DNA of 64,000 nucleotides from Caecitellus pseudoparvulus (taxonomy: Eukaryota; Protista; Bigyra: Bicosoecida): NCBI GenBank assembly GCA_965644315.1, contig CBFFRQ010000049.1:62001-126000 (forward strand), read 5' to 3'. The position numbers were made by a program, and so were the translations under genes. Positions 30,572-40,800 of the stretch are shown here, in pieces. Below the pieces are notes generated by a model. It was given only the letters and a program-made list of their open reading frames with translations. It was not told where the DNA came from and made no database searches. Each line of letters opens with the position of its first letter. Position 1 is the first letter of the stretch.

Positions 30572-33291
30572 ATGAAGAAAGGTTTTCTGACCACACGCGA
30601 GCGGCCATCAGCGGCTGCCAAACCCACTGCTGTGGATATTACCTGCAGAGGTGCGGAAATCGCAGCACCTCTTCGGATTCCAGCCGCCCCACATGCAGCT
30701 TCCTGTGATGCCATGCAGAGTCACGACCTGCATACGAAGACTTCGCGGTGTCTGCAACTGGTGTTGGCAGTGGAAATTTCTCCAAGGTCCTGCGGGCTGT
30801 GCACAGAGTGTCTCGGCAGGTGTTTGCGCTGAAGGTCATCGACAAGGAGCGCGCTGAGCGCATGCGCAAGCGGCACCCGAACATCCGGAAGGAGATCATG
30901 ATGGAGAGAAATGCCCTGTTTCGCATGTCTCACCCCCATGTGGTGCAGCTCTTCAACACGTGGGCGGTGAGGTTCCCAGCCTGCATTCAGCGATCGACCC
31001 GGCCTGCGTGCACATCACCTTGCTGCCTACCACAGGATGCCCGCAGCATGTACTACTTGATGGAGTTCGCTCCTGGTGGAGAGTTGTGGGGGCACTTGAC
31101 AGAGGGCACAGGCGACGCCGCTCCGCTTGTGGGCATGTCAGAGCCCTTGGCAGCGTTCTACCTGCAGCAGGTGGCGTGGGGGCTCGAGGCGGTGGCCAAG
31201 GCCGGGTTCATTCACCGAGATCTGAAGCCCGAGAACATCGTCCTAGGGCCCCCTCGGGCTTCCCCGCTGATCGCTGCTTCCGGCGACTTCCGTGATATTC
31301 CGGGCACATCCGGGCCAGGGGCCAGCGCCGTCGCGCGTCTCATCGATTTCGGCACAGCCAAGGACACGCTGCGCCCGGAAATGAACGGGCCAGAGTTCGT
31401 GGGGACGCCCGAGTACTTGCCACCCGAAGTGGTGCAAGGCGGAGAAGGCGGACATGCCATGGATCTCTGGGCCTTTGGCGCGATGCTGTTCCAGGTCCTG
31501 ACTGGCTATCACCCCTTTGGCACGGGTGGGGCATACCTCACCATGCAACGGGCTCGCTCGGCCGTGCTTCGCTTGCCACTTTACCTTCCTCCCAGTGCCT
31601 GCGCACTGTTGGAAGCGACGCTGCAGCCAGACCCTGCAGCGCGGGAAGCCGGGCTGGTGCACGTGGGGGCTGATGGCGTGGTGGCAGGCATGCCTGGCCT
31701 GGTAGACGCCCCCTTCTTCAGCGAACGCCCTTGGAGAGAGGCTTTGGCAGCAGCGTCTGCCGCCTTGCAAGCTCGCTTGCCCCCTCCCCGAGAGCCCTTC
31801 CTCCGGCCCTCGCTTGCCGAGGCCGCGCCAGAGGCCACTACGTCGTCTGCGCCGAAGCCGCCTCCCCCGCCGCCATCCGCCTTGCCCCCCTTGAGGTGGC
31901 CAGAAGTGCCAACACCCGACGACAGCTGGATCACTGTGCAAAGTGAAGTGCAAGCGCTCGTAAACGATGCTGTTCTGTCGGCGATGGCAGGGAAAGTCCA
32001 CCCAGGCTGCCCAAGTCACTCGGAAGGCGCTGCCAGTGAGGAGGCCCGTGAACCCCCTGACACGAGGCAGCAGGGAAGCACCGCAACACTGCGCACCACC
32101 ATGACCACCCTTTCCCTTGACGAAGTCACGCATTGGTGGAGCGTGCGAGAGCGCGTGCAGGCACTGCCCGCTCCCCAGCGCCAGCATGTGCGGCACCAGC
32201 TTGCTCTTCGCCATGCCTTGTGGCCGATCCCCACCCTTGCCCTCTTTGCGCCACAACGATTGCATACTCCTGCTTTGGAAAATATCGATGAGTCTTTGCA
32301 GGCTTGCTGGATTTGGGGTGCACTCTGTCGCGTGGGGGTGTCGCCCCGGCAACCGTTTGAGCCGTTGTTGCCGACGGGTGCACCAGATGAGCACACCAAC
32401 TGGTCTGGACCCTTCTCCCTCGCCGTCATTGCACTACCCTCACCAGACGGATTGGAACAGGCAATAGAGACCCTTGCGCAGCAGGCTCACGATCCTCCAC
32501 TGCGAGCGGTGCTCTTGTGTGTAGGCTCAGTCACTGACGCCGCACAGCTGGTGGCAAGCCATGCATCTGCGCTGTCGCAGCTCCCAGCAGCGACCCAGTG
32601 GCTGCTGCAGCTCCCCGATGCAAGCGAGGATGGCCTTGATGGAGACGCTCAGCGTTATCAGAATGTCACGTGGCAGGTGCATGGCTGTCGAGTGCTGGCG
32701 TGGGATCCACAGTCTGCAACACAGCCGGCAGGGTATGCGTGGTTTCAGGATGCGCTCGACAGCAGCAAGTTCGGCACGCAGCATACTGTCGTGTGTTGTA
32801 CGTCCCCTTTGTTGCAAGGCGTGGGGGACGGCGGAGGGAGCATGCCGAAGCGGGTCTTCTGCGCTGCTCGCAAACTTGTGCACCATTCCAGCAATGCGCG
32901 CATGCTCGTGTCTCCGGTCGGAAATCTGCAAGAGGAGGCTTCGCCGGACCACCTTGGACAGGCGTTGGCTGCTGTGCGGGATTCCGGGCACCTTGAACAG
33001 GCGGAAGCCAGCCTCTCACCACCCGACCCCTGCCCTCACAGTGCCGTCCTCAATGCGGGTGGCACCCTCACTTGGCAGGTGATCGACGACGAAGAGGCAG
33101 GGGTGGACGCACGGCAGGTCACGCATTGGCAGGAGCTGTGGGAGGCGGCAGCTGCTGCGGATGAAGATGACGATCTGGCCGCTCAGGCCCCTGTGACTGT
33201 AGCATTCACAACCTTGAACTCCTCCGCACCAGGCGGGACAGTGCAAGTGCTGCATTTCACAGATGAGGGCGTCTCGACTCCCATGCCATGA
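30572..33291 (+). CDS. PDK1-like AGC Ser/Thr kinase fused to a degenerate calcineurin-like (CPPED1-like) phosphoesterase domain; spliced
   Basis: Kinase motifs GSGNFS, ALK, HRDLKPEN, DFGTAK, FVGTPEYLPPE and DLWAFG. Introns about 30651-30718 and 30967-31035. C-terminal domain begins NWSGPF. Confidence 0.85.
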
Positions 33292-33305
33292 TGAACGGGT
33301 CCCTA

Positions 33306-35165
33306 CTATTCACGGCTCCACGAGCGGCTCCGTGGGCTGTGCTCAACGCTGCCGTCGCAGTCAGATGTGGCCGCCTCGACATCCATGTCTTCCTCCTCGC
33401 GCGTGTGCAGAATTGCGACTCGGCGCTGCAGCTCCAGAGCCGAGTGCTGCAGACTCGCTGCCACACCCTGTTCGAATGCTTGCACTGGCTCCTCCAAGCC
33501 TCCTGAGCAAGCGCTGCGCATGATGGCGCGCCTCGCCGCCAGAGCGGCAGAGCGGGCTCGACCCCTGGATCGGGGTCTCGGTGGACTGCGGCAGGCAGCG
33601 TCACTATCGTCGCCATCAGTATCCACGTGCAGCCATGGAAGGAAAGACGGTGATATGACCAGATCGTCTCCGTCTGAGGAGCTCCAGCAGCTGTCTGAAG
33701 CTTCTGACGACCTGTTTCCGGACTGTGACGGGGAAGGGCCGCATGCTGCGGGCAGCTCTGGCAGGCGCTGGATTCGCGGTGGAGTGTGGGGCTCAGAGAG
33801 CCCCATGTACGGTTTCTGGGATGTTGCCACAGCCTGGAGCAGGGAGGACATGGTGTTCACCCGCACGTCCAGGGTGGACAGCACCGCAGCCGTGCGTGCG
33901 CCGTGGTCAACGTACATCCACATCCCCCACACAAGCAGCAAAGCACACACACTAACAGCTGCCCACCTGACTCCCCAGCAGGCCTCCTCCAGTGTCCAGT
34001 CGCTTGTGTACAAGTGCTCGGCCACAGGCTGCGACCCTGCGCTGGCCAGTGTCGTCTGGACATGCCATTGTCCCAGCTTGAACTGAGCAGGCAGCGCGCC
34101 CGCTCCGAGCTGCTGAGTCCAGAAGCGTGTCATACGCCACTCAACCACGCTGCCAAGCAGAAGTGTGCCAATGATGGGCAGCCTGCTTGCTGCAGTGCGG
34201 GTAGTGCTGGTCAGGAGCAGGGATGAAGCCAGTGCGCAGGCGTACCAGCCGAGACTCTGGAGGAACATGAGGTGGGATGCGAGAAACGCTTGGATGCCCA
34301 AAGACGTCTCAGCATGCTGGATGATGGAGCCCAGCGCGTGGGTGTGGGACGCCATGCGGTCTTCAGCGTCCGCCAGCCCTGAGGGGGAGGATCCAGCGTG
34401 GTGCTGGAGCACTTGCTCCGCGCCCGGTGCTGCTTAGGCAAGCTCACTCACCCGACAAGAGCGTGCTCTGCAAGGAAAGTGACCTATCTTGAGTGTCAAG
34501 GAGAAGCTTCTGCCGCGTGGCTGCAATCTCCAGTTCCTGTGAGGAGTTCGGGTTGTGTGCGGAAAATGGTGCTCCCTCCGGCAGCGCTGATGGGCACCGT
34601 ACCCGGCGCGTGTCTGAAGCGTGGTCCACAAGGGATGTTACCAGCTCGTTGACATGGGACCTCCAGTGTGATTGAGCGATGTGGAAACACAAGCTTGTCA
34701 CTTCTGCGCATGTTTGAATGGCCAGTTGCCAAAGCTGTCCCTCAACGCTGCTGCCTTGCTTTGCTCACCGTTCAGGAATGCTGTGTAAATGGAAAATTCA
34801 GCATCTGTCATGCTGCTTAAGCAATCATCTCCGACCTGCTCTTCGTGCTGCATGCAGCCGCTCATGCGCCGGTTGGACGCCATGTAGTGGCACCGTGTCA
34901 AGCTCAAAGCGACGCTGGCGCGCAGCGCTTGAGTGGCCTCGTGGTCGTCACTGTCCAGTACCGCAATGCACGTGCCATTTTCTCCAAGGCCATGTAGCAG
35001 TGCAGCAAAGCAAGATGCACGTGGTGCGAGGAGGCGGTCATGTGCCGCACTGCCCCGGGCGGCAGCTGCTGCCGCGCCGTCCCACAGCTCAGCCGGTCCA
35101 TGCGAAGAGCTGTCGGTGCCACACACGACACCCGCGCAGAGCGCAAGTAGCCACCAAAGCAACAT
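33306..35165 (-). CDS. GEX1: GEX1/KAR5/Brambleberry nuclear-envelope fusion (karyogamy) protein; spliced
   Basis: Signal peptide, then Cys-rich domain SCF..C..ALSLTRCH..SNR..C..CLSSM..FSIYTAFLNEVTSLCF..WRSHVNELV (after removing three short introns), coiled coil, and about 3 TM helices including LLTSTTRTAASR. Confidence 0.85.
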
Positions 35166-35245
35166 GGTGAGCTGCATTGAAGAAAGAAAAGCAAGGGCAG
35201 GCCCAGTGGGAGTGTCTTTCGCATTCTGAATGTGTGCCGGCCGCG

Positions 35246-37378
35246 TCACTGCAGCGCACACCCGGCACCGTCCGCACCCTGGCCTGCGCCAATGCCTTCG
35301 AATTCCCCTTCCCCCCGCAAGGTGCTGTCGCCGTATGCCATGCCTGCTTCACCAGCAACACTAGGAGAGGGCACATTGACGTGCAGGTGCCTCCTGCCCC
35401 CCGAGGCACTGCCTGCTCTGGGCACCTTTGCAGGGGACTCGGCGTCCGGCGGTGCGCTGGCTGTTCGCTTGGTGCCTCCCACGGACGCGGCAGAGACACT
35501 GCTCAGCGAGCGCAGGGTGCCTGTACCACTATGCGGTGCCGGCGACAGAGACGGCAGCGATGCAGCGCCTTCTTGCGCTTCGGGCTGCTGGGGTGCTGAC
35601 GTGGCAGCCCCCTCTGCCGCCTTCTCCTCCTTCGGCGGCAGGGTCATGGAGCGCAAGAAGAGGCGCGCGAGCTGGGGGAACTTCGACACGCCGTTCACAA
35701 ACTCTGAGCGGGACACCTGGCCATCTCCGTCGGTGTCCAGCGTGTCCATGACCTCTTGTAGCAGGGAAATCTTGATCAGCTCCGGCTCAAGGTCCGCGCC
35801 AGCGGAAGCTGCCAGCATGGCCTTGAGCTCAGCAGGAGACAACTGGCCGTCGCCGTTGGCGTCAAAGATGGAGAATGCGATGCGGGCTGCCTCCACCTCA
35901 GGCTGCTGCAAGATGGCGAGCGTCACGACGAACTCCTTCAAGTCCACCTGGCCGTCGCTGTTGGTGTCAAAGGCTTCGAAGGTGAGGGCTGGGGGGAGGT
36001 TGGCCAGCCCCACCCTCTCCAGCGCCAGGGAGAATTGGGCTTGGTCCACAGAGTCGGAGCCATCTGCCGCCTCCAAGAATGCCCGGTGCAGGGCCAGCAG
36101 CTTCTCGTCGGAGAGAGCAGGGCAGTCGTGAGCCACCTCGCGGAGGCGAGCTAGGCGGGCTCTCCGCATGCGCTGACCCCACACCACGCCCAGCACCGCC
36201 GCGCGCAGACGTCGCTTGGCATTGAACTTGCGAAGCGCTGTTGCTGTGCTTGTCGAGGCAGCCGCCGTGCTCTGGGGTGACGTGATGAACGGATGTGCCA
36301 ATGCCTGCTCAGCTGAGCTGCGAGCGACTGCGTCGCCGTTCATGAGGCAGTTGACAAATGCCTTGGCAGTGGCGCTGATGCCGGACCAGTACTGCTCGTG
36401 CATGGCCCACCGATTCGCCTTGATGTTGGCCCACATGTCTCGCTCTTTTCCCCAGAAGGGCGGGTACCCTGCCAGAGTGATGAAAGCGATGACCCCCACA
36501 GCCCACATGTCTGACTTGGGCGTGTACTCCCCTGCCCGCACCACCTCTGGGGCGAGATACCCCACCGTGCCAACCAGGGACCGCTCCAGGAGTGGATCTC
36601 CCAGCGCGTGGCTGAAGCCAAAGTCTGCGACCTTCAGTACCAGGCGCTCTTTTGTCGTGCTGGCGAGGTCAAACGTGCGAGAAGCATGGTCATCTGCGTG
36701 GGCAGTGCCAGCAGGGTCGGCTGCGGTGCTGGCGTTGGGGGGGAGGATCATGACCAGGATGTTCTCAGGCTTGATGTCTCGGTGCACGACGCCGTGCTTG
36801 TGCAGGTGTGCCATGCCGCGCAGGAGTTGGTGCAGGGCCAGCGACGATTCTTGCTCGGACAGACCTTTTTGGGCGGCTACCAAGTTGAAGAAGTCCCCAC
36901 CAGTGCACAGCTCGAGGATGATGTACAGCGTGTCATGTGCGACGTAAGCTGCTTGACATGCCACCACATTGTCATGGACAGGGAGGACCTGGGGGGAGGG
37001 AAGGGCCAACGAAGTCGTGTTTGGAGGCACCGTGCAAACGATTTCCGCACACATGCTCGCACAGTTTTCATGAGCGACACTTCGTTCAGCACGAGAAGGC
37101 GCTTCCTGGGGTTTTGCCACAGTGCCCTCGCAACCTTCTTGATGGCAACCTTCGCGCCCGTCTTCACGTCCCTGCCTTCGTACACCTTCGCGGAAATGCC
37201 ACTGCGGTATCGGGGAGGGTGGCTCTTGAGCAGGCAGTGACGCAGGTCCGCTGCAGGCAGGCTCTGCCCCGCACCTGCCGATCTCCCGCCCAAACGAATA
37301 CAGAGCAAAGACATCGCCTTTATCCACCGCCTTCGCCATGAGTTGAGCAGTCAGTGTGTCCGTGTCCTGCTCTGCCAT
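35246..37378 (-). CDS. Ca2+/calmodulin-dependent kinase with CaM-binding helix and 3 EF-hand visinin-like domain (CCaMK/DMI3-like architecture); spliced
   Basis: Introns 37274-37202 and 37062-36989 give EIGSGISAKV..VAIK..LNEV. Also ELCTGG, HRDIKPEN, DFG, KSDMW, GYPPF and LRKFNAKRRLRAA. EF loops DTNSDGQVDLKE, DANGDGQLSPAE, DTDGDGQVSRSE. Confidence 0.9.
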   Translation of the reverse strand: MAEQDTDTLTAQLMAKAVDKGDVFALYSFGREIGRCGAEPACSGPASLPAQEPPSPIPQWHFREGVRRQGREDGREGCHQEGCEGTVAKPQEAPSRAERSVAHENCASMCAEIVCTVPPNTTSLALPSPQVLPVHDNVVACQAAYVAHDTLYIILELCTGGDFFNLVAAQKGLSEQESSLALHQLLRGMAHLHKHGVVHRDIKPENILVMILPPNASTAADPAGTAHADDHASRTFDLASTTKERLVLKVADFGFSHALGDPLLERSLVGTVGYLAPEVVRAGEYTPKSDMWAVGVIAFITLAGYPPFWGKERDMWANIKANRWAMHEQYWSGISATAKAFVNCLMNGDAVARSSAEQALAHPFITSPQSTAAASTSTATALRKFNAKRRLRAAVLGVVWGQRMRRARLARLREVAHDCPALSDEKLLALHRAFLEAADGSDSVDQAQFSLALERVGLANLPPALTFEAFDTNSDGQVDLKEFVVTLAILQQPEVEAARIAFSIFDANGDGQLSPAELKAMLAASAGADLEPELIKISLLQEVMDTLDTDGDGQVSRSEFVNGVSKFPQLARLFLRSMTLPPKEEKAAEGAATSAPQQPEAQEGAASLPSLSPAPHSGTGTLRSLSSVSAASVGGTKRTASAPPDAESPAKVPRAGSASGGRRHLHVNVPSPSVAGEAGMAYGDSTLRGEGEFEGIGAGQGADGAGCALQ

Positions 37379-37807
37379 GTCGCGACAAGTGGTGTGGTGC
37401 TGGCTGGCCCCAAGAGCAATGCTGAGCTAGCTGCTTCCGATAATCCTCTTCTGCACTGGAGCAAGCAAGCTTCGAGAGGCAGGAAGTCAGAACAGCATGC
37501 ACGTGCCCATCCACACGCCATGAAGGTTGCAGCACGTGGGGGGATTTGCTGGGGTGCTCGGTCTGCACCTCCCTATCATTTTTAGGCTTCGCCAGCACAA
37601 GCAAGCCGCCCAACTCGCCAAAACCTGACACCACGCAGGGTCCAGCCACACCATAAAGATTAAACGGCATAGTTGACTTGAATTCAGGTGCGCAGTGCGG
37701 GCCACCTGGACGGCCCTCCAAGAGCGACGCTCTCAGCAGCAGGCAGACCAGCGAGGACGGCGTTTCAGCTTCTGACGAGCATCGGCAGTGATTTTTGACG
37801 CAGCAGC

Positions 37808-40800
37808 ATGGCTGCGCAGGGCAGGAGTCAGTGGGCGGGGTCGCTGCTGCAGACTAATAAAGCCCTGCGCGAGACACTGCTGTTCAGAGCCCGCGAGGCG
37901 CTCTTTGGCGTACGTCCCTGCCAGCGGAGGAGTTGCTGATGGGGTGGCTGCTGAGATCGGCACAAGCCACGTACCTACCTCCCCCGCCCCCCCGCAGGTG
38001 CTTTTTCTGGCGGCCAAAGATGTCAAGTCCTCCAAGGCACTGCAGCTGGTCATCGCCGTGGTCAATGCGGTGCAGCTGTGGATCTTTCCCCTGCGGCTGA
38101 TCACCAAGGTGAGTGCTGCCGGCGATATGGTGACATTTGCTGCGTGCTTTTCCTCGGCTTCCACGCCCCTCCACCACCGGAGACCGGCTGAAGTCTACCA
38201 TTGTACTGCTTGACTATTCAATTCCTCCCTCACTTGCGTGTGCAGGCCGCTGAAACTGAACGTGCGTACCCAACGCGGATGCAGCCCCGGCGTCGCAGCG
38301 ACCGCACAGCTCAGCCTGGATCCCCCCCCTGCCCCCTGTACAGAGTCCATGGTGGATTCCCTTGCAGCTGTCGCGGCAGTGGTCAACACAGGCAATGCCG
38401 AGGAGTTTCTCGGCAGCCTGTTCTACTTCGTGGCGTTCGGTGCGGCTCTCTTGTTCGTGGGCTGGTTCGTGGCACTGGTTGGGCGGATCGGCGTGGCGTT
38501 CGTGAACAACAGCACACAGAGCCCGCTGCTGCTGAAGACACTGCGCAGCGTCGCGCAGTTGGCTAGTTCTGTCCTCTTCATCCCCGCCCTGGGCGTGCTC
38601 TTTCGATGGATGAGGTGTGACGGTCTCAGTGAGTTTCTGCCAGACCAGTCTTGCTGGGTGGGGCTGCACGCCTTCCTGTCCGTGGTGGTGCTCATCCTGA
38701 CCCCCCTCTTCATCGCACTCACCGTCTTCACGCAAATGGTGTTCATCGACCGCAACCCGCTGTCAGACATGCTGGGAGCGCGCTCTCACGGCCGCGTGGA
38801 GGCTGTCATGTTGCTCGCCAAGGTGGCCTTGGTGCTGGTCTTCACAGCCTTCCTGGACGTCGTCCCGGTGGCCCTCGTCCTGCTGCTGTGCATGGCAACG
38901 TCAGTGGCGTGGATTTGCCTGCTCACCATCCAGCAGCCCTTCATCGTGGGCAGCATGAATGACCTGCGCACCGGGCTGGGGGCTGTCTTTGCCTGGGTCA
39001 CCCTCATGGCAGCCTACATCCTCCTCTCACCAACTTCTGACATCGGCATGTTGTCCCTCCTGGGGGTGGCCCCCTGCCTTGGCCTGGGCTGGTACGCCAG
39101 CAAGGGCTACCGTGAGATGATCATGACGTACCGCTCAGCTGACCTGCGCACGTGGCACCAGCTAGATTTGTGGTCAAGGGCTCGAGTGCGTCTGCGCAAG
39201 GAACTCATGCAGGGCGTGCAGCGCTCAGGCGCCTTGCGCGGCAGTGCGCTGGGGGCTATTTCTAGCGTAGTGGGCCCAGGGCAAGACGGCACGACCCTCC
39301 TGCAGAGTGGCACGGTCATGGGGCGTGGGGAAGGCGCCACTGCAATTGGCGCAGGGGCGGGCCTGGACTTCTTGGATCTTAAGAGTTCTGGGGCAGGGTC
39401 CAGCCTGGCAGGCGCAGGCGGCACCGTGTTGCGCACGGCACAGGACGGCACATCCCGCCGGCGCACAGGAGCGGGCGGCACGGCCCTCGGCTCGTTCGCC
39501 GGCTGGGGTGGCACAGTCATGTCCACCGCCAACGCCAGGGGATCCGTCGTGCAGGGACGCTCACATGCCAGCGGCAGTGGTGTTGGGTCTGTCGCTGGGC
39601 ATCATGCGGCAGGGGGCACGACTGTGCTGTCCACTGCCACGGGTCCTGGCCGGCGGGGTGCTGGGGTGGCCGGAGTCGCACCAGCGGTGCTGGCAGGGCT
39701 GCTGCGGCAGGCTGAGGGCGCCCAAATGCGCTCTCTGCGTGTGTTTTCAGGGGAAGGCCTGGGCATGCTGTCGGCGGCGGCCTTCTTCCAAGTGCTGCAC
39801 AAGACGCGGTATATGGAGACGGTGGCTCTGCTGTCCGCCAAAGGCGCGTCGCGGTCGCTGGACATTGCATTCTTCGTCTACCAGCGCACACGGCAGATGC
39901 GCGAAGAGTCCACGGGGGTCGCCGATAGTGGCAGCGGGCTGATGGGCGGCCAGGGCAGCGGCAAGCGATCCCTGTCCGCCATCGAGCGGGTGCTGTTCGA
40001 CCAACACTGGCACTCTGCCCGTGAAAGCGAACTTGCATGCTACCGCGCTATGCTGCGTGTGTGGCAGGTGCTGGGGGACCCGGTCCCTGACCTCAACCTC
40101 TTGCAAGGCGTGGGCACGACTCTGAAGAAGTCCATGCACGATGCGCAGCACCACTTCAAGGCCATGCTGCGCATCCACAGCGACAACAGTCGCTTGCAGC
40201 GGTCTTACGGGAGCTTTCTGCTGAACCTCATGCGTAACCCATCCGTCGCGAGCCAGTTCTTGAACAAAGCGGATGCTCTGGAGGCCAACCAGTCCAACGT
40301 GCGCTCCAGCGCGGTGGAGCACTTGACCATGTTCAAGTCCTCTAGCAGCATCTCAGCGACAGACGAGAGTGTGGCGGTGTTCAGCGTAGATGGCAGCATT
40401 CCCCGCATCGGCACCATCCTCAAGGTGAACTCAGCGTGCACCCGGCTGTTCCAGCGGTCCCGTGGGGAGCTGCTGGGGCAGAACATGGACTGCTTGCTCC
40501 CACACCCCATTGCGCCGGTGCATGACACGCTGATGAAGCGCTTCGCCACTTCAGGGCACAGCTGCATCGTCAACACGACTTTCTACGCGGTGTACCGTGA
40601 CCAAGTGGGCTACATCTACCCAGCGCGTGTGTTCATCGGGGAGGCACCCCCTGAGGATGATGACACCGCACCTCGCTTCAATGGCATGATCCAGCGGCTG
40701 GAAGTCCCTGAGGACTACGTTATCTTCTCTGACGAGGAGTCAGGGTACCGCATGCTAGCAGCCAGCCGCCCCTCTCATGAGCTGCTTGGCACCCGCCCTT

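Noticed and set aside
36989-37274. Kinase ORF in the track appears to lack the Gly loop and VAIK lysine (pseudokinase or frameshift)
   Set aside because: Two introns of 73 and 74 nt sum to a multiple of 3, so the track reads the middle exon out of frame. Splicing restores the motifs.
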